From contig OX597817.1 of the NCBI GenBank assembly GCA_951406725.2, positions 105,586,001 through 105,650,000 on the forward strand: a stretch of DNA of 64,000 nt, read 5' to 3'. Shown here in pieces: positions 1 to 12,590 of the stretch; the first letter of the stretch is position 1, and each line of letters opens with the position of its first letter. The notes beneath the pieces are model-generated. The model was given only the letters and a program-made list of their open reading frames with translations, had not been told where the DNA came from and made no database searches. Origin of the DNA: Octopus vulgaris. Its lineage: Eukaryota. Position numbers and translations under genes: made by a program.

Positions 1-489
1 TTTGAGTATTTACTCTGTGCTTAATCAATTTTGGTCTATTTTCAAGGAAAAAAAAATTATCCTTAAAATGTATGGGTATATAAACAATTAGATAATGCAT
101 GAATATATTGTATGCATGTAACTGCTAACTCTTGGAGTGTAAGTGTCTCTTTGGATCTCCTTGTAGATTTTTAGTTGTGACAGTAGGTCTTTTTATATTT
201 CTGACATCTTAGACACTCTGAATAGTTTCTCATGACCCTCTCACAATGCAGTTAAGCAAATATAGAGAGAGAGAGGGGGGAGAGAAGAAGAAGAACTGGT
301 ATTTATTTATTATTGGTATTTTATTTATTGACCCACCCCACCCCACAAGGTGGTGGAAAACAAAGCTGTCCACAGGATTTGAACTCAGAATACATAGAGC
401 CAGAACAAATAAATATCACAAGCCATTCTATATCGTAACAACTTCAGCAATTCCTTTTATATGTGTGTGTGTATGTGTATGTGGGTAGA

Positions 490-710
490 TAGCTTAGGGG
501 TTAGAGTGTTGCACTCAATCACTAGATCGTAGTTTTAATTCCTAGACTGGGAGGTGCATTGTGTTCTTGAGCAAAACATTTTATCTCACGTTGCTCTGCA
601 ATTACTTTGAAAACTGACGTCCACCTTTTCAGGCAATGTTGATTTGATGGAAGGAGCAAGTTAACGTGCAGCACAAACATTTGTGCAGGTCGTTCAGCAA
701 AGCAAAAGCT
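490..710 (+). mobile_element. tRNA-derived SINE (Meta/Deu-core-like), degenerate
   Basis: tRNA-like head followed by 'gtgttcttgagcaaaacattttatctcacgttgctc'. Related copies at ~4070-4315(-), 12725-12880(+), 22690-23220(-), 37880-38160(-). Confidence 0.6.
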
Positions 711-766
711 TATGAGATAAAAAAATCCAAGGCTATGAAAGATTTCAGAACATTTATAAAGAGAAG

Positions 767-814
767 GTCTTACAGCTGTTTCAGGGATATTTTATATATC
801 CCTTCATCAGAGAC
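767..814 (-). ncRNA. Minimal type I hammerhead ribozyme motif (Penelope/retrozyme type), intact core
   Basis: Minus strand reads GUCU-CUGAUGA-AGGGAUAU-auaaa-AUAUCCCU-GAAA-CAGCUG-U-A-AGAC: both catalytic boxes, a perfect 8-bp stem II, 4-bp stem I (GUCU/AGAC), palindromic loop-less stem III (ACAGCUGU) and a GUA cleavage triplet. Confidence 0.85.
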
Positions 815-1280
815 AGTGCGAGAAAATGGTTGAGCAATAGTTATTATAGAGAAGATATGAAATACAGAGTGAAGTGGAGGAAGGAATATAGAAGTGAGAT
901 ACATAAGGATATTGTATCTGCAATTCCATTATTTGAGCAGAATAGTGTGTATATAAGTTTCCTGTACCTTGTGTGTGGGTTCCAATGTTGCTATATATAT
1001 AAATACAGAAGGATGGATGGCACTTCAGTCTTGCCCATTCAATCCTCTTTTAAGGTATAGTATATCCAGCAATCCTTTTTTAAGACAGTACAGAACTCCC
1101 ATGATGGCATGAAAACTTCTTCAAAAGCACATGTGGATGAAATTCTTCATTGGCATCATACTAACCATGAAGGCTATGCGATATGCTATTTTCTCTTCTT
1201 TTTAGTTCATGATCAAATACATGACATGTTCGCAATTACTGATACTTAACTTTATAATAAAATCTTATTTATCTTTGTAG

Positions 1281-1388
1281 CTTTCCAATTTGATGAATTA
1301 AAGAATAACACCATTTCAGTAAATCTTGATTCTGACGAATCCCTCCAAGTTCATATTGATGAGTCAGTAATTAAGAATATATCTTCAG
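1281..1388 (+). CDS. Adhesion GPCR exon (GAIN domain region), first exon visible in window
   Basis: tttgtag acceptor and gtaaag donor; open frame FQFDELKNNTISVNLDSDESLQVHIDESVIKNISS; phase 1-1, fits the next exon. Confidence 0.7.
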
Positions 1389-2581
1389 GTAAAGATTATT
1401 TTCTCTTTATATCCATTATTAATACATCCTTATCTGTGTTTATGTAAAGATTTGTTAATGTTAGTATTTATCTTTTATATTGTAAATTATCAACCCTTTC
1501 GCTACCATATTTCTGTTAAAATACAGTGCCTCTGTTTCAATTAATTTTCAAAATAATGGACAATTTAGTAGAATAACTTTGTCATCATTAAACTGGTGTT
1601 TGGAGCATAAATTAACATGGAATTTTTATGGAAGGTTTTGATTTAGATCACTTAAAAACTGGAAGTTTGTATTGTAGGACAAAGAGCACTTTTGGATGGG
1701 TTAGTAGTTATCATTTAGCATCGGCTTTCCATACTGGAGCTGGTAAGTTGGAGAGCTGCACCAGGCTCCACTCTATTTTGGCTTGGTTTCTGTGGCTAGT
1801 TACCCTTCCTTAGGCCAACCATCCACAGAGTGTGCTGGGTGTCTTTCACGTGTCTTTGGCATGAGTGCCTTATATGTGTCACCAGTAGGGGTACCTTTCA
1901 CATGTCACCAGCACTGGCCATGACTATGGTTTCACTTAGCTTGACATGTCCTTTCAAGCATAGCAAATCACCAAAAGTCATGGTCACTTGTCATCACCTC
2001 TGTGAGACTCAAAATCCTAAGATCATATTTCACCACCTCATCCCTCTCCTTCCTCTAGTCTACTTCTTCCACAGGTTCCCTCCAAAGTTAGAGAGTGGCA
2101 CTTCTTTATGCAAAAGATCATTTCTATTCAGTTTAATTACCTTACTGAATCTCTGTTAATAGTTACTTGTCTCTCAGTCAAACTGTCATTGTAAGCCATT
2201 CTCATAGGCAGTGACATTTCCTCATTGTTGAGGCTTTTATCAAAGATTCTAAAACTCTGGAGTAATTTGTTAGTTTGATTGATTGGTATGGAGAAAGAGT
2301 TGTGAGTTCAATTCTCACAATCTTTTGTCTTCAAAGCCAGCTCCCATGTCATGGCACAACTGTGTTGAAATGATGCAAGGTTTATCCTTTTGTAAAGAAA
2401 TAACTGGTTCTGCAATCTGTGTGTTAGGAGTTATGACATTGCCTAATTCATTGTTTCAGTGATTACAAATTTGGATCAAGTACCATTAAAATTAAATCAG
2501 TTAATCTTTTTTATCATTAGAAGTTCAGCTAAACAGTGAAAGTGGCAGATAATAATGTTTCTTTTTCTTTTTCTTTCTCAG

Positions 2582-2654
2582 ATGACCACATGTTTTATAG
2601 TGTTGTCTTCTACAAATCATTAACATACATCATACAAACGACTGAAGCTAACTG
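2582..2654 (+). CDS. Adhesion GPCR exon (GAIN domain)
   Basis: Polypyrimidine tract plus ag; DDHMFYSVVFYKSLTYIIQTTEAN (VVFYKSL is typical of a GAIN strand); gtgagg donor; phase 1-2. Confidence 0.8.
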
Positions 2655-4069
2655 GTGAGGCCACTTGAGTTATTTCTCATTTTATCTCTTACTTGTCATG
2701 AGTTCAAATCTCAGTATGGCTATTGCATATACAAAAGTATACCACTCTATTTGCCTCATTTTGTCTGCAGCAAATCAACAATAGAATAAATGCATCAGTC
2801 ATATATCGACAAACAAATTTACAGAAAAAAAGGGGGGAAGTTTTCACTCAGGTTACAATGGAAAATAAATATAAAACTGTTTAAAAAAGAAACATAGTAT
2901 TTAATAAATCTACAGTAAGTTTATCTTTCTCATATAATTATTAAGACAGACATCCTCTATGTTACAGAAGTTTTGTATTCATGAAAACCTTGTAATCAGG
3001 AATTCTGTAATGCAAAATCTAATTCTCTATTGACTTCCAAGTTATATATATAACACTGAAGACAGTGGGAAAATAGAATTCATACTTACAGAATTCCAAA
3101 TTATAGCAAGATTTTGTAGGAATGCAATGCTTCCATGTTGCAGGAGATGCCTTACAATAAATATTATTTGTTAAGATTAAGGAATGCAGAGAGCCAGAGT
3201 CAGGTGCCAGAGTTAACTAAATTGCATTAATTAGTTTTGTCCTCTGTAGTTTCAAGTTCAAACTCTTAGGATTGATTTGACTTTCATTCTGGTAATCTAG
3301 AAAAGATTACCTATTTCTTACAAAATTGCTGACATGCTCTAAAAAGAAACCCTTATATAATGTGGAATACTGATTAGGTAGATGAAAACTACCAGTGAGC
3401 TCTGTCATTTTACTTCATTCGTACTACTTAAAACATGAACTTTTCACTGATCTCACCACCAAAAATATCTTGGGTTTTAGGTCCATAATGCAAGTATAAG
3501 AAATAATTGTTGACTGAGACAATATAGAAGCAACTGTGAACATTCAATTTAATAGGTCAGTATGAGAATCAGTTCTAGAGTGGACTTAGTCTTTTTACTA
3601 CTTTATGATTAATATAATAAACAGCTGTAATATAGTGTAGTTGATTTAGTTAACTGTAGTAAAGTGGATGCTAACATACTTGACGTAATTTACCAAAACA
3701 TATTAATTAGTTAAAAATGAAATGCATTGGAAAGTGAGCTTGCTCTTTAGTGCTTAAGATCTATGGATGCTCTAAGATGTTATTTCAGTTAATTAAAATT
3801 TCTTGTTTTATAACCTACTTTACTATTAAATTTTCATGGATAATTTTCCTTAGTCATTTAATCAACTATCCCTGATGTCAACAAATTTGATTTTGTGTGT
3901 CATAGAAAAAAACATTATTATTACATTCAACACATCATGATTGTTTATTACATAAGTCATAAAGTTATGATGAATTAAGAACACTGAAATTGATACATGT
4001 CAGTATTATGTTAAGAACCTAACATCCTGTAGTTGAAAACACCTGGATTAGTGTTTAAAATAAAAAATA

Positions 4070-4316
4070 AATGCGCCCTTTTAAAGCCTAGCCAGGCTCA
4101 TGGGCCTGGTTTCCTGGTTTCTATGGCGTATGTGTTCCCCAGTTGGCCGGGACACCAGTCCATCGCAGCGTTACTCATTTTTGCCAGCTGAGTGGACTGG
4201 AGCAATGTGAAATGAAGTGTTTTGCTCAAGAACACGTGTTGCCTGGTCCAGGAATCGAAACCACAACCTTACAATCATGATGCTGATACCCTAACCACTA
4301 AGCCATGTGCCTCCAT
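4070..4316 (-). mobile_element. tRNA-derived SINE (Meta/Deu-core-like)
   Basis: Minus strand has A box TGGCTTAGTGG and B box GTTTCGATTCC, then the core gtgttcttgagcaaaacacttcatttcacattgctccagtccactcagctg. Confidence 0.7.
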
Positions 4317-4564
4317 GGATTAGTGTTTAGTGTTAATATAAATGTACCAAAATTGATCAAAAAAAATTTATTCAGATGAACAGGGGCTGTGTCCATAAAC
4401 TTTGTGGTCCCTTCTAGGTAAGGTTTCATTAGAGAGCAGCAAACATTATAAATTTAGGGATTTTAACAGTGTTGTTCATTAACAGAGAGGATGTAGTTTT
4501 GCAAGATTGTTTCCTTCTAAAACAAAGAGAGTGTATTATTACAACATTCCTTTTTTATATATGC

Positions 4565-4825
4565 AAGGTGCTAGTGCCACGTAAAAAGCACCCATGCCGG
4601 TGCTATATAAAAGCACCCAAGCTGGTGCTATGTGAAAGCATTCAGTACACTCTGTAAAGTGGTTAATATTAAGAAGGAGATCCAGCTGTAGAAACCATGA
4701 CAAAACAGACAGGGAGCCTAGGCAGCTCTTCAACTGGCTAGTTCCTGTCAAACTGTCCAACTCATGCCAGCATGGAAAACAGACATTAAATGATGATGAT
4801 GGTGATGATGATGATGATGGTGATG
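4565..4825 (+). mobile_element. 5'-truncated RTE LINE 3' tail
   Basis: Matches the 3' UTR terminus of the RTE at 55817-59191 (aagcacc repeats, ccagctgtagaaac, ccatgccagcatggaaa, (GAT)n tail). Confidence 0.75.
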
Positions 4826-5039
4826 CAGCAGGGAGGGTATGGAGTTGCAAAATTGTGTTCTTGATGTATGCAGGGAATGTGCAATGCTGTAAGACTTTTT
4901 TTAATGCAGGGACTGTTATAGGATCGTTTTCTTGGTATGTGCAAGGAGGGTGTAGTGTTGCAAAACTCTCTATATATATGTAGATAGAGTGTAGTGCTAT
5001 AAGACTGTATGTGTCATTAGAAATAATTGCAATTTAATC

Positions 5040-5520
5040 ATTCATGTATAGAAGAAAGTATATAGACAACATAACCAATCCTTGAGGCATACCAAAGTAT
5101 ATGTCACAGGAAGCCATGGTAGCGGATGTTGTGAAGGAGCAGTCTGATAGGAAACTTGCCATCCAATAAAATAGGGATGGAGCCCCAAAGTGCACAACTT
5201 AGTTAAGAGATTTCCATACCAGATATGAAGACCTTGCTGATGTTGAGGGAAAGAACATTGTTTTCCTGCATGATATACTTGTGGTAAGAGACCACAAGAA
5301 TACCATGTAGGAGAGAAAGTTCCCAGTAAGCCAGGTGTTATGTGAAGTGTACTGATTATAGGAAGGAACCACCCTAGAAAAGCAAACTGATTACATATTT
5401 GATATAACTGTCTAGATTTAGTGGCTTACAACATTTCTGTTTGAATCTTACAAAAACAGTCTCTGGATAAGAACAGACTGTGATAAGAAGGTACCTTCTT
5501 AAGGTGGAGATGAGAATAGA
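5040..5520 (-). mobile_element. Degenerate CR1/Jockey-type LINE RT fragment
   Basis: Minus strand has an LNISKVF..VW-like remnant of the 'DISKAFDRVW' RT motif; same type as 39400-40990 and 49560-53300. Confidence 0.45.
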
Positions 5521-5592
5521 AAATCACATTTCTTTCCATTCCAGTTTTGTAGTATGAATCCTATGAATAAACTAAATATGTTTCTATTTTAG

Positions 5593-5707
5593 GACAAATG
5601 AAAGCACAAATGACAAAGATCTTCTTTCAGATATTCTAAGTTTCACAATTCACAAAGTGAATTCAAAAAACCCCATAAAAAACATAACTTTTCGTCTGAA
5701 CCATAAG
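5593..5707 (+). CDS. Adhesion GPCR exon (GAIN domain)
   Basis: ttttag acceptor; WTNESTNDKDLLSDILSFTIHKVNSKNPIKNITFRLNHK; gtaagt donor; phase 2-0. Confidence 0.9.
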
Positions 5708-5724
5708 GTAAGTTTATCATTTAA

Positions 5725-6273
5725 CCCATTAGTATTCTTATTATCCTGTCTAATGTAGTGCTTTTTCATTCACATTCATCATCATCATCATCATCGTTTA
5801 ACGTCCGCTTTCCATGCTAGCATGGGTTGGACGGTTCAACTGGGGTCTGGGAAGCCCGAAGGCTGCACCAGGCCAGTCAGATGTGGCAGTGTTTCTACAG
5901 CTGGATGCCCTTCCTAACGCCAACCACTCCGAGAGTGTAGTGGGTGATTTTATGTGCCACCGACACAGGTGCCAGACGAGGCTGGCAGACGGCCACGCTC
6001 GGATGGTGTTTTTTATGTGCCACCGACACAGGTGCCAGACGAGGCTGGCAGACGGCCACGCTCGGATGGTGTTTTTTATGTGCCACCGACACAGGTGCCA
6101 GACGAGGCTGTTTTTAATTAATCATGCAATATCTCATAGCTTCTAAATTTTAATAATGTGACTGTATACTTTTAGAGTGACATCGGAGGGTAGGTGTGAT
6201 AGGCTGGATCTGGTTGATTTGAACATAAAACAGATAGCATATTTGGGCTGGATATGGTTAAAATGCTAAAAGG
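5725..6273. mobile_element. piggyBac-type MITE interrupted by an RTE 3' tail
   Basis: TTAA-cccattagtatt...aaatgctaaaagg-TTAA ends; the internal sequence matches the ~220-bp MITE family once 5777-6108 is removed. Confidence 0.75.
5777..6108 (-). mobile_element. Young 5'-truncated RTE 3' UTR with a 63-bp tandem array
   Basis: (CAT)n tail, then a close match to 55817-55985, then about 2.6 near-identical 63-bp units. Confidence 0.85.
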
Positions 6274-7284
6274 TTAAGTGCTTATATAAGATAGAATGTA
6301 TCAAAAAGTGTTTACCCAATCCAGTGTCACCTCCAGTGGTCAATTTGTGATGACTTACCACCTTACCTATTTATTTGTTCATTTGTCTAGGACAGTTTTT
6401 CACTTGTATTCTAGTTCATATTTTGATGTTATCTACCTGAATTTCTTTTTACCTTTTAATCCTTAGTGTTAATTCTTGATATAGTTTCTTAGTTTGAAAT
6501 ATTGGTTCTGTTCAAAGTATCTTAGTTTTCATTATTAGATTGTTTTCAATTTTCTTTATGACCAGGTATACAAAGAAAATTAGAACTGATAATATTAATG
6601 TATATACAGACTAAGATACAATGCAAACTCTGAACAATCAGAATAAGTGAAAAAGTGAAAAAGTAATATAAAAATTTAAACTGTAGGTGCAGACATCTCT
6701 TCCTCCAGAAACAGAGGCCTAAAGTAAAGGCCTAACAACTAATTTTTGTAGAAAAACTTGTATGCTACTGAAGTTGTCTAAGGATGGCTTGATGTATCAT
6801 ATAGCACAAACTGGAAATAAAATTGAGAAAGAATATAATCAACAAAAATGTATATTTTTTATTAAAATGTTCAAACTTCTTTCATAGGGCTATGTTCAAA
6901 GACCTCAACAGCTGCAGATTTCCCATTCTTTAATTCTACCATATTAGACAGCTGTGAATTATAGTTAGAAATTAGAAGTGATAGTTGTCTTAAAGAGATA
7001 CATTGTTTGCTCTGTTTTAGCTTGAGTTGGTTGTATTCAATCCTTTATGTTGTCAATAGTTTAACTAATTTTCACAAGTAAACACATTTGTAGTATGTTT
7101 ACCTCTGGTATGAAGTAGAAAGATAGGACAAGTGATTTATAGAAAGAGTTGATTATTAATAACTACAATAGACATTGTGGTAATCAGTAATCAGTAACTT
7201 CTTTCTGAATAAATGGCCCATCTTACCTCTTAACCTACAGAATATCTTGTTGTAACCCAATCCTAACAACTAATGTTGTTTTAA

Positions 7285-7727
7285 CGCTTTAGCATTCAGA
7301 TTATTCTGTCAAATGTAATGCTTCTTTATTCAAATTGGTTTGAATTAATCATGCATTATCTCATAACTTTGAGATTTTGATGATGTGATTGTTTATTTAT
7401 AGAATGACACTGTAATGTAGGTGTGAGAGGTCAGGTCTGGCAAGTTTGAACAGAAAACAAATAGAATATTTTGGCTTGATATGGCCAGTTTGAATGCTAA
7501 AGGGTTGACCCTTTAGCATTCAGATTATACTGCCAAACATAATGCTTATTTATTCAAGTTGGTTTAAATTAATCATGTATTATCTCTCTGCTCCTATGTT
7601 GCAATGGTGTGACATTATGTTTTTAGAATGAATTACATGGTCAGTGTGAAAGGCTGGATCTGACTAGTTTGTACATAAAACATGTAGAATATTTGTGGCG
7701 GATATGGTCGGTTTAAATGCTAAAGGG
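7285..7727. mobile_element. Tandem pair of ~220-bp piggyBac-type MITEs (7285-7504, 7509-7727)
   Basis: TIRs ccctttagcatt/aatgctaaaggg; left TTAA, shared TTGA junction at 7505-7508, right ATAA. Confidence 0.8.
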
Positions 7728-7872
7728 ATAATGTCTGTTCTATAATTTCTGTTACCCAGTGTAATACTTTAAATTCATTTGATTATTTAGATGATTATGT
7801 AAAGTGTATTTTCCAGAAGAACAAAAAAATCATAAATGTTAAAACAATAATTTTTTAAACTATTTTTTTCAG

Positions 7873-7919
7873 AAACTAACTTCAAATACAAAATGTGTCT
7901 ATTGGAGTTCTAGCCCAAC
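7873..7919 (+). CDS. Adhesion GPCR exon (start of GPS motif)
   Basis: ttttcag acceptor; KLTSNTKCVYWSSSP (the GPS C-x-x-W); gtaagc donor; phase 0-2. Confidence 0.9.
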
Positions 7920-8679
7920 GTAAGCCACACTGCAAGCTGCAGTGCTATTTTCTTCTTAATTTTTATTTTTTATTTATTTTTTTGATACCCCAATCAGATC
8001 TGACTGAGCAGATTTATGAACAAATCCATTACAGTTTCATTTTTTTTCATGTATTGTAAACTCTAAGTTATATTATCCACTGAGTACATTTATTAAGATA
8101 GTAGGATGCAATTTGAATGAGATTTGCTACAATATTTAGTAGGCCAAGTGACCACATAAAATCTTCCTTATTGACTCATGTTTTTGTCAAAAGGTACTGA
8201 TTATATGGTCATGAGGTTAGATTTTGGTACAAACTTTGTGTTGTGTCTTTAGCTAAGACATATGTGATCTCTAAGGAGTTGCTCAGCCTGTTAGAAATAG
8301 AAGCTAAATCTTCCTCAAATCATACCCTATGATCTTTTACAAGAAGGATACAATGACTAATGTAATACTAGATATACCATGTCTGAAAATCATACAGGTT
8401 GATGGAATGTTATTAATCATAGATCAGTTTTGTCTGTGGCTGACCTGAGTCTATGACTGAAAACACTTGCCCAAGGTACTACACAATGGATGATAGGGCT
8501 TGGAGTAAAATAAGTAGTTGCAAAACAAACTAGCACATTGTCATGCCATATTGCTTAGAAGGGCCTTTGATAGTTACATAACTGGTCACCCACAAAATGT
8601 AATGCCAGTGTGTGGTGAATGTAAGATCTTTGTGTTAGCAGTCAACATTTTTAATTACCAATTAATCTCACAATTGGTT

Positions 8680-8860
8680 TTAAATTTTGGCACAAGGCCT
8701 GATTAATAGATTCTAGTGTTCAACTGGTACTTATTTTATTGACCCTAAAGGATGAGAGGCAAAGTTGACCTCAGCGAAACTTAATTTCAGAATGTAAAGA
8801 CAGATGAAATGCCACTGAGCATTTTGCCCAGCATGCTAATGATTCTGCCAGCTTTCCACC
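8680..8860 (-). mobile_element. tRNA-derived SINE with Nin-domain-like core
   Basis: Matches the family best preserved at 22826-23060. Further copies at ~320-450, 11855-12067, 19100-19315, 32230-32445, 53720-54070. Confidence 0.7.
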
Positions 8861-8930
8861 ATAATCTCACTGAAGTGTTTCCTTAAGTTCTTAAATTTTT
8901 TTAGCTTCTCTTTTATGGTTCTCTTTGTAG

Positions 8931-9051
8931 GGATCTTATTGGAGAATGGAAAACAGATGGGTGTTTTCGAACTTCATGGAATGAATCTTATACAGAATGT
9001 GTCTGCACTCATTTGACCAGTTTTGCTATTTTAATGAGCCACCACCAAGTT
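8931..9051 (+). CDS. Adhesion GPCR exon (GPS autoproteolysis site and tethered agonist)
   Basis: TDLIGEWKTDGCFRTSWNESYTECVCTHL|TSFAILMSHHQV, a canonical W..GC...C.C.HL/T motif; ag and gtaagt boundaries; phase 2-0. Confidence 0.97.
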
Positions 9052-9439
9052 GTAAGTGAATCATTTTTCAAAAGAAGTTTCTCATGTCATCAAATCAATT
9101 ATTATCTAAATAAACAGTGAGTTTGAAAAATGAATGCTAGTTAAAGATCAGACCTGCCTCCAGTCAGTGTGTCATATTGTTACTGTTTACCTGCTCACAT
9201 TTCCTTTTAAAACCTTATAATTTTAAACCATTTACAGCATGGCAGGCACATGTTAACCACTCAGAAACACACAGAGACTGTTATATTCACTCAAGCATTA
9301 TTGTGTGTAATATGGTGTCAAAATTTTTATTACTCAAAACTGCAACCTGGTTACAGTTTAGAGAAAGGAACCAAACTAACCAAAGCCCTGTGAGTGGATT
9401 TTGTAGGCAGAAACTGAAAGAAGCTCATCATGTGTGTGA

Positions 9440-10005
9440 GACGAGGTGATGAAGTATAATCTTTGAACTTTGGGCCTCATGGAGGCAATGACTAGTGACT
9501 GAGACCTTTGGCAATATTCTGTGCTTGAGAAGACCTGTCAAGCCAAGTGAAATCATAGTCATGGTCGATGCTGGTGTCACATAACTGGCACCCATGCTGG
9601 CGGCACATAAAAAGCACTTTTCGAGCATTGAGCCTTACAGAGGCAAGGTAGCCAATGTTGGTGGCATGTGAAAAACACCCTTTGAGTGTTGAGCCCCATA
9701 GAGGCAATGATGAATGACTGAGACCTTTGGCATTATGCTGTGCTTGAAGAGAAAACCCATCAAGCCAAGTGAAATTGCAAACATGGCAGATACTGGTGTC
9801 ATGCAAATGGCAGCTGTGATGGTGGCATGTAAAAGCACCTATTACACTCTCAGAGTGGTTGGCATTAGGAAGGGCTTCAAGCAATAGTAACCATGCCAAA
9901 TTAGACTTGAGTCTATTGCTGCCTTCCAGCTTGCCAGCCCTGGTCAAACCGTCCAACCCATGCTAGCATGGACAACAGATATTAATTGATGATGATGATG
10001 ATGAT
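9440..10005 (+). mobile_element. 5'-truncated RTE LINE (ORF end plus 3' UTR), degenerate
   Basis: Begins with a DEVMKYNL-like ORF end, then 3' UTR repeats and a (GAT)n tail; preceded by a SINE left half ending in a tgtgtg linker. Confidence 0.75.
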
Positions 10006-10889
10006 ATATATATATATATATATATATCCTTTTATTCTATTACTTGTTTCAGTCCTTTTGACTGCTGACATGCTGGAGCAGCACCTTAAAGGATTATAGT
10101 TAAAGAAATTGATCCCAGGATTTATTCTTTGTAAGCCTAGTACTTATTCTATTGGTCCCTTTAGCCAAACTGCTGAGTTAAGGCGACATAAATACACAAG
10201 CATCGATATATATTCCCAGTGTACTGATGTATGTGTGTGTCTCTTTGTATCCATGTCAGCTACTTCCCCTCCACTTAGCAGTTGCTGTTAGTTTGCTTGT
10301 GTCCCTGTAATCTAGCAGTTTGCCAAGAGACTGATAGAATAAGTACTAGACTTTAAAAAAATAAGTAGGCAGGTTGATGTATTCAACTAAAAGCCTTCAA
10401 GGCAGTACCCCAGTTTGGCCACAGTCCAATGATTGAAACAAATTATAGATTAAAAAAGATTATTCACAATGTCACATTGTTTTCTTTTAAATGTTTCATA
10501 TTATTTACAAGTAGATTTTATATGCTATTCTCATATTTTATTTACTATCTTGATATCCTAAAACCAAGCAAAGGTGTGGGTACTGATGCTATGTGAAAAG
10601 CACCCAGTACACTCTGTAAATGGTTGGCATTAAGAAGGGTATTCAGCGGTGGAATTCCAGCCAAAAAAAAACTATGGGACCTGGTGTGACCCCTGGCATT
10701 GATAGTTCCAGTCAAGCTGTCCAACCCTTGCCAGCATAGAAAACAAACGTTGTTGATGATAATGATGATGATAATAAATATGATTTTTTTGTTTTTTACA
10801 AAATCAAAATTAATTTCATTTCTTAGTCTCAGAACTTGCATTGATAAACAGCACTTACTACTTGCAATCTTCAAACTACAATCTTGGTA

Positions 10890-11114
10890 TATGAGTGGGG
10901 TTGCTGAAACGTTGTTGGCTTTAAGTAAAAGAAAATACATGAGGATCAGATAATTATGATTTTATTGAACATGTTCCTCTCTCAGATTGATTCACACACT
11001 TATTGCAGCAGTCTTTCATTTTTACTAAGCCCTGTAAAAGAACTCAGACAGTTGGGCCTCCAACCAGGCTTTTTGCAATACCCTAAAGCCAGGAACTTTT
11101 CGACATTCCTTGTG
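10890..11114. mobile_element. Tc1/mariner-type MITE
   Basis: Degenerate TIRs (gagtggggttgctgaaacgttgttggct ... agccaggaacttttcgacattccttg). A reverse-orientation sister copy at ~20269-20472 is inserted at a TA inside a SINE. Confidence 0.6.
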
Positions 11115-11211
11115 TATTTTTCATTTAAGTTTGTAAATTTTCAGGTTTGCCAATAGTCAATGCTGTTCATAGATATTTAAAGATGATTGTTATTAGTTGT
11201 TTTAATTTCAG

Positions 11212-11309
11212 GATAACTCTCTTAGCATAAATATTATGTCCAACATAGGAGGAGTGGTCTCCATTTTGGCTGTTTTCCTCACATTCATATGTTATATGAT
11301 ACTTTGGAG
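11212..11309 (+). CDS. Adhesion GPCR exon (TM1)
   Basis: DNSLSINIMSNIGGVVSILAVFLTFICYMILW; ttcag and gtaagt boundaries; phase 0-2. Confidence 0.95.
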
Positions 11310-12189
11310 GTAAGTTTTTTTATCCTCTTCCTCCTCCTCACCACCACCACCTCCTCATCATCTTAATCATCATCATCATTAAAATCACTCATTAATTTTT
11401 CCTTGTTGGCATGAGTTGGACAAATTCAAATATAATATCTACAGTGCATGATGAGTCTCTCCTTGGACTCAATTTATATATAAAGCCATGTTTGGTGATT
11501 TATAGAATTCTTCAAGGACTAACAGTTCTAGCTCCAAAATCATCAAATTTTGTTAATGAATTAAATATGTTTCAAACAAGCTGGTTTGTAGTTAAGTAAT
11601 TCTGGCTGCTCTATATTTGTGGGCATATAACTGTAAGTTGCAGCTACATGTTGTTAGTATAATTATGTTTTGCTAACATATGGCAATTTCGGTGAAGGAA
11701 GAGAGTGTTCAGTATTTTACAAATTTGCCTCAAAAGTCATTGAAAGTTTACCAAAGAATACTGTTTTCCTTTTGTAATTTTTGTAAATTATTTACAAATT
11801 TGAATATGAACTTAAGTGAACTGTTATAATTGGATAAAAGCTGTTATATCAGTTTCAAGTTTTGGCACAAGGCCAGTAATTTTGGGGGAGGGGAAAAGTT
11901 GAATATATCAGTTCTAGTGTTCAACTGGTACTTATTTTATCAACCCCAAATGGATAAAAGGCAAAGTTGACCTTGGTGGAATTTGAACTCAGAACATAAA
12001 GACGGGTGAAATGCTGCTAAGTATTTTGCCCAGTGTACTTAATGATTCTGCCAGCTTGCTGCCTTAATAAGTGTTGATATACTGAAACAGGAATACAAAT
12101 GGAATTTTTAAAAAAATCTTTTTAATTTATAGCTAGCTTATTGAATTGATTGTGAGATATATTTGTCTATTAAACATGGATACATTAAC

Positions 12190-12590
12190 AGGTATGGCTG
12201 TGTGGTAAGAAGTTGATTCCTAACTATATGTGTCTTGGTTCAGTTCCATTGTGAAGCAGCATGGACAAGTGTCTTCTTCTATAGCCTTGGGTTAAACCAA
12301 AGCCTCGTGAGTGGATTTGGTAGATGGAAACTGAAAGAAGCCCATTGTATATATGTGTGTGTGTTTGTTTATGTGTGTGTGTCTTTGTTTCTGTGTTTGT
12401 GTCCCACCACCATTTGAAAACTGGTATTGATGTGTTTATGTCCCCATAGTTGTTCAATAAAAGAGACTAATATGTTAGGTAGCAGGCTTGAAAGAAATAT
12501 GTCCTGGGGTTGATTTATTCAACTAAAATTCCTGAAGGCAGTGACCCAGCATGTCCACAATCTAATGACTGAAACAAGTAAAAGATAAAA
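12190..12590 (+). mobile_element. Composite tRNA-derived SINE with central microsatellite linker
   Basis: tRNA-like head (tggctgtgtggtaagaag...ggttcagttcc), gagtggatttggtagatggaaactgaaagaagccc, (TG)n linker, right arm ending gactgaaacaagtaaaaga. Other full copies at 16923-17350 and 34158-34545 (+), and 52070-52455 (-). Confidence 0.8.
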
